A program made the translations under genes and the position numbers. Positions 1 through 7,697 of a stretch of DNA of 64,000 bases are shown here, piece after piece. The notes under the pieces are model-generated. The model was not told where the DNA came from and made no database searches. It worked only from the letters and a program-made list of their open reading frames with translations. Positions within the stretch are counted from its first letter, which is position 1. Every line of letters begins with the position of its first letter. The stretch is from Candidatus Komeilibacteria bacterium (GTDB lineage: Bacteria > Patescibacteriota > Patescibacteriia > UBA1558): NCBI GenBank assembly GCA_048538235.1, contig JBLYPX010000001.1:456013-520012 (forward strand), given 5' to 3'.

Positions 1-356
1 TGCTGTGAATATATAACTGAACCAGTAGATGGACCACCACGCTGAGCAATAACTCCTACAAATGGTATTCGCATATTCTCAGCCATAGTAATAGGATCCT
101 GCATCAAGGTATTACCAGGGCCAGCTGTAGCTGTAAAAGCCTTTAGACCGCCCATAATCATACCAATAGTCACAAAACCAGCAGACATTTCATCTTCTGT
201 TTGTAAAAATCTTAACTTTTTATCTTTAACAAAAGCAGCGTCCCAAGCAGTCATAATTTCAGTAGCTGGGGTTATTGGATAACCAGCATAACCCAAAGCA
301 CCAGCATTTAATGCTGCTCTTACTACTACATCATTTCCTGTTAGAAGTTCCCTCAC
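1..356 (-). CDS. 2-oxoacid:ferredoxin oxidoreductase alpha subunit, N-terminal part (runs off window start)
   Basis: Manual translation from GTG at 356: VRELLTGNDVVVRAALNAGALGYAGYPITPATE...QTEDEMSA...ATAGPG...QRGGPSTG, hallmark POR/KOR alpha motifs. Not in the ORF track. Confidence 0.9.
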   Translation of the reverse strand, partial: MRELLTGNDVVVRAALNAGALGYAGYPITPATEIMTAWDAAFVKDKKLRFLQTEDEMSAGFVTIGMIMGGLKAFTATAGPGNTLMQDPITMAENMRIPFVGVIAQRGGPSTGSVIYSQ

Positions 357-1492
357 TATTTTTTTATTTTACGCAAATCTAATACTTCTGGTCTTTTCTT
401 AGATTTAACATTTTTTATTTGCTTAAAGCTTGGTGTTTCATCTGTAGAAAAATCTACAACATTTCTATTCACCACTATTATATATATATAATATATGATT
501 ATTATTAATAGAATTATACCACTAATTGTTAACCAAAACCACCAATTAGATATTAAATCTAAAATATTGTCCTTTTCTTCTTCAGGCACATCTGGTCCAT
601 TAACAGATAAAGTTGTTTCATGCTTTATTAACCCATCATCACCTTCTTCTTTAATCTTATCTACTTTATCGTTGATTATATCTAATAAAGTCTCAGAACC
701 AGCTGGAATATCTGGTAGTTCTGGTTCGGTATCTGTTGGTTCAAATATATCTCTAGCTATTTCCCAGCGACTTGAATCTAATGGATAATTATCTTCTTTA
801 TCGTTAACACCATCACCGTCTGTATCTGCTTTTAAAGGATCTGTACCATTAATATCTTCTTCTATATCTGTTAAACCATCATTATCGTCATCTGGATCAG
901 CATTGTTACCAATACCATCATTATCTGAATCCAAATATTCATCTTTATTAAGCGGGAATAAATCTAGTTTATCTGACGAACCATCACCGTCTGTGTCAGA
1001 TAATAACGGATCTGTGCCTTTAGTTTTTTCTTGAATGTCTGTTAAACCATCATTATCGTCATCTGGGTCAATTGCATTAGCAATACCATCACCATCTGTG
1101 TCTATATCTGGACGTATTAAAGAAGTTAAAGCTTGATCATTGTCTGCGTTTTGATCAGCAGGACTAGTACCCTGAATTCTTGCTAAAATATTAAATTCAC
1201 TACTTGGTACTGTAAAATCTACCCAAGCATCTGCTGAGTTACCAGGTCTAATTGCTAATACTTGAGAGTCGTCTACTACTACATTGCCTTGAAAAAAAGT
1301 AATATACCCTCTCATATCTTGCGTACCAACATTATGAACTGTTGCATAGATACGAACAGTAGACCCAGCTATTAATAGATTTTCTGAAAATGATATATCT
1401 GAGCTTTGTACAGATAAATCATAATCTGCAGCCAAGGTTATGCCTGGTATTACAAAAAGTATTAAAATGATTATATATTTCAAACTCTTCAT
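356..1492 (-). CDS. Surface protein: signal peptide, CARDB-like Ig domain, thrombospondin type 3-like Ca-binding DxDxDG repeats, C-terminal TM anchor
   Basis: N-terminal hydrophobic signal; DLSV...TVRIYATVHNVG CARDB-like; repeated DTDGDG/DDDNDGLTD; TM segment WWFWLTISGIILLIIII. Confidence 0.8.
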   Translation of the reverse strand: MKSLKYIIILILFVIPGITLAADYDLSVQSSDISFSENLLIAGSTVRIYATVHNVGTQDMRGYITFFQGNVVVDDSQVLAIRPGNSADAWVDFTVPSSEFNILARIQGTSPADQNADNDQALTSLIRPDIDTDGDGIANAIDPDDDNDGLTDIQEKTKGTDPLLSDTDGDGSSDKLDLFPLNKDEYLDSDNDGIGNNADPDDDNDGLTDIEEDINGTDPLKADTDGDGVNDKEDNYPLDSSRWEIARDIFEPTDTEPELPDIPAGSETLLDIINDKVDKIKEEGDDGLIKHETTLSVNGPDVPEEEKDNILDLISNWWFWLTISGIILLIIIIYYIYIIVVNRNVVDFSTDETPSFKQIKNVKSKKRPEVLDLRKIKK

Positions 1493-2619
1493 TTCTTATT
1501 CTTAATTAATCTAGCCATCATTAATTCCTCGTTTGCCTTTACAACCATTGTTTTACCTTTATAGTTTGATTTTTTTAATATTAATCTACGTATGTCTGCA
1601 TTCCTTTCACCAATGCCTCCAGTAAAAACTAAAACGTCAACATCTTTTAAGACCCCCATATATGTATGAATATATCTTAAAACATCATAGACAAAAATAT
1701 CTAAAACAAGCTGAGCTTGTTTTTTACTTCCATTAACACTTTTTGGTTTTATATAACCCGGTATTTTATACCCAGCCGTTACCAGCACATCACGCATATC
1801 TTGTGAACCAAATAAACCTTTAATACCAGATTCTTTATTTAATATCTGGTCAAGTTTTTTATATCCAATACCTTTACTTTGTAAATAGAATATAATGCCA
1901 GGATCTAGATCACCAGACCTTGTTCCCATGGTTAAACCTTCAAGCGGTGTAAAACCCATAGATGTATCTACTGATTTTCCATTCTTAATAGCTGTAATAC
2001 TAGCTCCATTACCAAGATGGACCGTAATGATATTTAATGCAGCTGCTGGTTTTATCAATTTCTTAGCTGCTTCTTCTAAACAATATTGATGTGACATACC
2101 ATGAAAACCATACTTACGAATATTATATTTCTCTGTTAAATTTTTCGGTAATGAATACATATATGCATAAGCTGGGATTGTTTGATGAAAAGCAGTATCG
2201 AATAAAGCGTAATGACTACAGTTTGGTAATAGCTTCTGAGCAGCTTTAATTACAGCTAGATTTTTTGGGTTGTGTAGTGGCGCTACATCACTTAAACGTT
2301 GTATGTTCTGAATCACCTTCTTATCTATTTTAGTTGGTGCTGAATAATATATTCCACCATGAACTACTCTATGACCCACTAATTTAATATTATCTACAAT
2401 CTCTTTATCTAGTAATTTAAATATATATTTAAAAGCAATATCGTGATTAGATATCTTCTTATGTAATACAATCTGCTGTTTACCTTTTAATTCAATAAAG
2501 CTACCCTTTAAACCAATCTTTTCTACTTGGCCAGATAAAATAAGTTTTAGATTGGAATCAAAAACAGCTAACTTTAAAGTAGCGCTACCAGCATTAAGAG
2601 TTAAAATATATTTATTCAT
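1489..2619 (-). CDS. ackA: Acetate kinase
   Basis: LNAGSATLK, GHRVVHGG, APLHN, FDTAFH, YGFHGMSH, HLGNGAS, TSMGFTPLEGL, FTGGIGE. Confidence 0.97.
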   Translation of the reverse strand: MNKYILTLNAGSATLKLAVFDSNLKLILSGQVEKIGLKGSFIELKGKQQIVLHKKISNHDIAFKYIFKLLDKEIVDNIKLVGHRVVHGGIYYSAPTKIDKKVIQNIQRLSDVAPLHNPKNLAVIKAAQKLLPNCSHYALFDTAFHQTIPAYAYMYSLPKNLTEKYNIRKYGFHGMSHQYCLEEAAKKLIKPAAALNIITVHLGNGASITAIKNGKSVDTSMGFTPLEGLTMGTRSGDLDPGIIFYLQSKGIGYKKLDQILNKESGIKGLFGSQDMRDVLVTAGYKIPGYIKPKSVNGSKKQAQLVLDIFVYDVLRYIHTYMGVLKDVDVLVFTGGIGERNADIRRLILKKSNYKGKTMVVKANEELMMARLIKNKK

Positions 2620-3200
2620 TATTCTACAATTATTCCTGTTGTAGATTTATTAATATTAGCTGCATTAGCTTCGTCGGTGTCTATATGTACAGAAGCTTTA
2701 AAATCTTTACCAGTTCTCACTACTATTTCATCAAAAGTCATGTCTTTAATATCTCCCTTGTCTCCGTCAGCAACTCTAACACTAATAATCTGACCATCTT
2801 TAAGACCCCATTCTTCTGCCTTAGTAGTAGATATATGCAAATGTCTTAAAGCAACTATAACTCCAGAATTAAGCTGTATCTCCCCTGCTGGTCCTACCAC
2901 TTTAATATGGCCAGAATTTTCTAAATCTCCAGACAATCTTAGCGGTGCTTCAACACCAAGTGCATAACAATCTGTTTTAGATAGCTCTACTTGAGTTTTA
3001 GATCTAAACGGTCCAAGTATTCTAACATTATCTATTTCACCTTTTTCACCAATCAATTTTACTTGTTCGACAGCTGCAAAATGCCCAGGTTGAGACAAAT
3101 CACTATACTTAGTCAATTCATCCTTATTGAACAATATTTTAAAATCTTCAGCTGTAACATGAATATGTCTAGCTGAAACTTCTACTAATACTTCTTTCAT
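2619..3200 (-). CDS. pduL: PduL-family phosphate acyltransferase
   Basis: VSARHIH, RILGPFR, RHLH, HIDTDEANA. Confidence 0.95.
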   Translation of the reverse strand: MKEVLVEVSARHIHVTAEDFKILFNKDELTKYSDLSQPGHFAAVEQVKLIGEKGEIDNVRILGPFRSKTQVELSKTDCYALGVEAPLRLSGDLENSGHIKVVGPAGEIQLNSGVIVALRHLHISTTKAEEWGLKDGQIISVRVADGDKGDIKDMTFDEIVVRTGKDFKASVHIDTDEANAANINKSTTGIIVE

Positions 3201-4159
3201 AAATCTTTTTTCTTTAATACTCCTTCATGAGCACCCATTGTTTGTAAAACAGCGGCTGCATTTTTTACACCAAATTCTAAAGCTTTCTTAATATCTTGAT
3301 CATATAAATATGCACTTAAAAAACCTGCATTAAAAGCATCGCCAGCACCTGTGGTATTTTTTACCTTAACTTTCTTACTAGCCTCAACATATTTATTCTG
3401 ATGATCAAAATAGTTAACTCCTTTTTGACCAGATGTAATTATTACTCTAAAACAACCATTGTCTAATAAATATTTAGCTACCTTTTGTGCAGAATATGTT
3501 CCTAATTTTAATTGTTTAGAAATATCTCTAGCTTCAGCAGTGTTTAGTGAAATAATGTCTACTTGTCCTAAATATTTAATATATTCTTTAAAATTATCTA
3601 TTTGTTGCTGGCCTGGATTCCAAAATACTTTTATCTTCCTATTCCTTGCTAAATTAAATATATTCCTAATATTAAAACTAGCATATTGACCACGCAATGA
3701 TGTTAAATATATCCAATCTGCTTTTTCTCTACTAAAGTTATATTCAGTAAATTTAAAATCCTTTAATATACCTTGAGATACTAAAATAATATGTTCTGCT
3801 ACTTTTGGCAGGTTTAGAATAAAACTAAAAGCTGTACTAGCTTGCTTATTCACCCTAATATATTTTGTAGATATTGCAGATTTACTCAAATATCTTTTAA
3901 TAGCATGACCCATTAAGTCATCACCGACAACTGAAACAGGTATAGCTGTTATTCCCATGGAATTAAAAGTTGCCGCACTATTTAATGCACCTCCACCAAA
4001 AGAACGCCAAACTTCATTGCTAGAAATCTTGGAACCGAAATCAAAGGCAATATATTTATTTTTACCTCCACTTTGATACTGAGTTAAAACATCTGCATTA
4101 TCTGTGTTGTATATTATCTCTTGCAATACACCACCAATGCATAATATTTTCATTTTCAT
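3197..4159 (-). CDS. PfkB/ribokinase-family carbohydrate kinase
   Basis: GGGALNSA and NTTGAGDAF motifs. Start moved from track 4195 to ATG 4159, 6 nt after an extended -10. Confidence 0.9.
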   Translation of the reverse strand: MKMKILCIGGVLQEIIYNTDNADVLTQYQSGGKNKYIAFDFGSKISSNEVWRSFGGGALNSAATFNSMGITAIPVSVVGDDLMGHAIKRYLSKSAISTKYIRVNKQASTAFSFILNLPKVAEHIILVSQGILKDFKFTEYNFSREKADWIYLTSLRGQYASFNIRNIFNLARNRKIKVFWNPGQQQIDNFKEYIKYLGQVDIISLNTAEARDISKQLKLGTYSAQKVAKYLLDNGCFRVIITSGQKGVNYFDHQNKYVEASKKVKVKNTTGAGDAFNAGFLSAYLYDQDIKKALEFGVKNAAAVLQTMGAHEGVLKKKDL

Positions 4160-4175
4160 ATGTATATTATAACAA

Positions 4176-4206
4176 AAAAAGCTCCTATTGAACATAGGAG
4201 CTTTTT
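4176..4206. terminator. Intrinsic terminator after the pilin gene
   Basis: aaaaagctcctat-tgaac-ataggagcttttt inverted repeat. Confidence 0.8.
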
Positions 4207-4221
4207 CTATTTAAGATAAAT

Positions 4222-4686
4222 TTATCTTTGAGTAACAATTGTCTCTGAAAGTTCTGGATCACAAGAACCAACTGTCAAACGATTATTAGCATCAACATTG
4301 ATGTAGTAATCTGAAATTGCAGCTGTACCTGATGAAGGGTCTTGAGGGATAGCTGCTAGATATGTTGTGACTAAGTCACCACTCAAGTCTACACAAGCTG
4401 CAACTGTAGTTGTAGCTGTACATACAGCATCACATCCTGAAGCTGCTGTACCCAATACTTGTGAACTTGCTGAAACAGCATCAATAGCTGCTGGCAAAGT
4501 ACCATCATTATCTACCTGATACTTTAAAACAGCATTCAAAATCGAATTAGCTGCTGACCAACGTTCTGCGTTTCTTGCTTCTGCGAAACGAGTAGCTGGA
4601 TCAACCGCTACAAATGTTAGAGCTGCTAAGATGGCAATAATACCAATAACTATTAGCAACTCGATTAAGGTAAAACCTTTATTCAT
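4222..4686 (-). CDS. Type IV pilin (probable major pilin)
   Basis: KG|FTLIELLIVIGII class III signal peptide; strong SD (aaggaaggt); own terminator; Cys pairs. Confidence 0.9.
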   Translation of the reverse strand: MNKGFTLIELLIVIGIIAILAALTFVAVDPATRFAEARNAERWSAANSILNAVLKYQVDNDGTLPAAIDAVSASSQVLGTAASGCDAVCTATTTVAACVDLSGDLVTTYLAAIPQDPSSGTAAISDYYINVDANNRLTVGSCDPELSETIVTQR

Positions 4687-4828
4687 GGTATTGACCTTCC
4701 TTTAATTACCGCAGTCACATTTAATGCTGGGTAAATTAGTTTAATCAAGTTAATATATATAAATTAGGCTAATTCAACCTATCTGGTTAAAAGTATAGCA
4801 CATTTTAGCAAGATTGACAATTAAAGTA

Positions 4829-6841
4829 TTAATAAAATGAAGCTATAACTTCTACACTAATTGCTTTTTCTGTTTCATTTATAGATTGTTTATTAACCTT
4901 AAATGAAGCATTATTAAGCTTATCTAATAATGATTTATCTGTTAATTTAATACTAAAGACTTCTATTAAATCATCTTTTACTAATGAAACCCATTGATAA
5001 TTCACAGACATTTTCATTCCAACCTTTTTATCCCCCATATTAATGTATTTAATGCTGGTTATTCTAGACTGAATAGGTTCATTAATGTAAATATTTTTTG
5101 GTAAGCTACTAAAGGAATTATTTTGAGTTTCTTGTCTTAATCCTTCTTGCAAAGAAATAATACCAGTAACATCTACCTGACTAATTTGCTCAGGTGGTAT
5201 TATCTCAACTTCTAATTCTTTTTTACCATAAACTAATTTCTGTCTATCTTCAGATAGAGCTATAAAATTATATACACCTTCTTTTAAATTCACATCTCCC
5301 TCTTCTTTTACAACCTGAACTACACTAGAATCACCTGGTAATATATGTAAAGGCTCTTTCAAATAATATACTTCATCGCCTGCAGATAATCTAGAATTAG
5401 CAACCAATGTTAAGTCTTCTTCAGATTCATTGTAAATAACTAAATAATCATTTGCTAGGATCGTTAACTGATCCGTAGTCACACCATCCCATACAAGAGT
5501 TGCCTCACCACTTTGTTCTATAATCTCTCCCTTAACTCTTGCCAGTGAAGCGTCTTTTATAACTTCGGGATTATAGCTAACAACCATAGGTATCATTTCT
5601 TCATAAATATCTACCTTAGTGCTAGGTTTATTTGTTTCTCCTCCCCTAATATCTTCCTTGAATATTATTAAAGAAACAAAAGCGATAACAAGTAATATAA
5701 ATATTACATACTTTATCCAATCCTGTTTATTGCCACTGCTTAATTGAATAATATTCTTCTTTTTACCTTTAGCTGGTAATAGATTAATACCCTGCCTATA
5801 ATCTTTTTGCTTACCTCTTAACATTAAACCAATAACAGTTGAATAAAGCATACCCTTACTCTTTGTAAAGATCTTTAAAATTTCTGGACTCTTTTTTAAT
5901 CTGTGCCACGGATTCCCTATTTCAACAGGTAGTCCTGTTTTATCTGCTAAATAGTCAACTATACCTGGTAATCTTGATGAACCACCTACTAGAATTATCT
6001 TTTTAAATTTTTGATCAGTTTTTTTCTCAAAATATTTAACAGACCTTAATATTTCTTCTACAATTTTATCTATACTATTCTGCAAAGCTTTAACAGCGTT
6101 TTTATTACTACTATTCAGACCTTCTTTAGTTTTAAGCTCATTTGCTTTTGCAACTGTCAATTTAGCCTTAGTTCTAATCTCCTTTGTAAATTGGTTACCA
6201 GCCATTGGTAAACTAACAGTTAGTTTTAATCCCTGTTTATCATAAATAGCTATATTAGAAAAATTACCACCAATATCTATTATCATATTTACATCCTTAC
6301 TATCTGCCTTTGACATCAAAGACCTAGCTACACTATATGATTCAAGTTCAATAAGCATAACATTTAATTTAGCATCCTTTAGTATTGCTAAAGTGTCCAT
6401 TACTAACTTACGTGGAGCAGCTGCATAAAAGACTGTCTTTTCCTTTTCATTCTGGTCCACAATCTTATAATCTGATATAACAGTCTCTCTATTAAAAGGA
6501 ATAATTCCTTCAGACTGATTCAATAAAAAGTCTTCAATGTCTGCATCCTTGAGATCTACTGGAACATGAAATATATGAGTAAATACCTTATTCTCTGGAA
6601 TAGATAAAAAGCAATTATATGTATTAATTGCTGATGGTTTAGCTGTACTTAATAATTTTTTAATAGCTTTTAATAAAGCATTAGCATTCTTTATTTCACC
6701 ATTAAGAATAATACCTTTTTCTAAAGTAATACGATTAACTTTCTTTATAACATAACGACCCCAAAAATCTCTTTGGCATTCCATTACTTCCAAAGAGTTG
6801 TCAGATATATCTAGTGCTATAAAATTATTTAACTTTGCCAT
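4829..6841 (-). CDS. pilM: PilM actin-like ATPase fused to PilN-like segment, TM helix and extracellular domain
   Basis: ALDISDNS, IIDIGG, ILVGGSSRLPG, then GINLLP (PilN motif) and a TM helix. Likely start MAKLNN at 6841. Confidence 0.85.
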   Translation of the reverse strand: MAKLNNFIALDISDNSLEVMECQRDFWGRYVIKKVNRITLEKGIILNGEIKNANALLKAIKKLLSTAKPSAINTYNCFLSIPENKVFTHIFHVPVDLKDADIEDFLLNQSEGIIPFNRETVISDYKIVDQNEKEKTVFYAAAPRKLVMDTLAILKDAKLNVMLIELESYSVARSLMSKADSKDVNMIIDIGGNFSNIAIYDKQGLKLTVSLPMAGNQFTKEIRTKAKLTVAKANELKTKEGLNSSNKNAVKALQNSIDKIVEEILRSVKYFEKKTDQKFKKIILVGGSSRLPGIVDYLADKTGLPVEIGNPWHRLKKSPEILKIFTKSKGMLYSTVIGLMLRGKQKDYRQGINLLPAKGKKKNIIQLSSGNKQDWIKYVIFILLVIAFVSLIIFKEDIRGGETNKPSTKVDIYEEMIPMVVSYNPEVIKDASLARVKGEIIEQSGEATLVWDGVTTDQLTILANDYLVIYNESEEDLTLVANSRLSAGDEVYYLKEPLHILPGDSSVVQVVKEEGDVNLKEGVYNFIALSEDRQKLVYGKKELEVEIIPPEQISQVDVTGIISLQEGLRQETQNNSFSSLPKNIYINEPIQSRITSIKYINMGDKKVGMKMSVNYQWVSLVKDDLIEVFSIKLTDKSLLDKLNNASFKVNKQSINETEKAISVEVIASFY

Positions 6842-7209
6842 TAATTTTCCTCCCAAGAAATAAATTCTAAAGATTGATCAACAATAGCTGTAATAGATCT
6901 AGTTACATCTCCTACAGTTGCTGTTGAAACTACTGTAGCATTATCTACAGCTATTACTACATTAATTATACACGAATCTCCATCAATTGATAGCTCTTTA
7001 CTAGTGTTTGACCAATCTAATCGTAAATCATTAAGGCCTTCTTCCATACACGACACTGCTAATTCATAAGCTACTTCTGATTGATTTGACCACCATGACA
7101 TTTGAAGCTCTGCCGTTGAATACCAACTCAAAGAAATGGTTATCATTAAAACCACCGAACTTATTACTAATATAGATATTAAGGCTATCATGCCTTGCTC
7201 ATTTCTCAT
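6841..7209 (-). CDS. Minor pilin, PilX-like
   Basis: EQG|MIALISILVI, lacking Glu5 as is typical of PilX; A.SC.EEGL..L. Confidence 0.75.
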   Translation of the reverse strand: MRNEQGMIALISILVISSVVLMITISLSWYSTAELQMSWWSNQSEVAYELAVSCMEEGLNDLRLDWSNTSKELSIDGDSCIINVVIAVDNATVVSTATVGDVTRSITAIVDQSLEFISWEEN

Positions 7210-7697
7210 TCTAAGTTTAAATTAAATGATATTGATGTAGATAAAGATGACTGCCAATCCGTATGATTTGAAGTTGAATTATATGCAACAGTTAAATCTA
7301 GAGAAACTGAACTGGACTGCGAGGTAGATAGATCTTGCCATACACCAGTGGCTACTATTACATCGCTATGTAAAATTATTGGATCATCAGTATTTAACTG
7401 CCTAGACAATGTATATAATTCATTATTAAACATATAGGTTATGGTTGAACCATCAATTAAATCCACACTTAATGAATCTTCAGTAACAGAATTAATAGAT
7501 ACAGCCTGACGCATATCTTTAGCAATACTATTAAGAATGAATCTACTATTTTGATTTACTTCTGTTATTACATAACTTTTAGTTTGGCCACCAATGACAT
7601 CCCAAGCGAAAAAAACAGCTACTGTTAGAATCATAGAAACAATAGTTATATAAATAATAACCTCTACTAAAGTTAAACCTGTCTGATTCTTTTTCAT
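7206..7697 (-). CDS. Minor pilin, PilW/GspJ-like
   Basis: TG|LTLVEVIIYITI. Confidence 0.8.
   Translation of the reverse strand: MKKNQTGLTLVEVIIYITIVSMILTVAVFFAWDVIGGQTKSYVITEVNQNSRFILNSIAKDMRQAVSINSVTEDSLSVDLIDGSTITYMFNNELYTLSRQLNTDDPIILHSDVIVATGVWQDLSTSQSSSVSLDLTVAYNSTSNHTDWQSSLSTSISFNLNLE

Noticed and set aside
780-1110. Repeated DNA in the surface protein gene as CRISPR or mobile repeat
   Set aside because: In-frame TSP3-like peptide repeats explain it.
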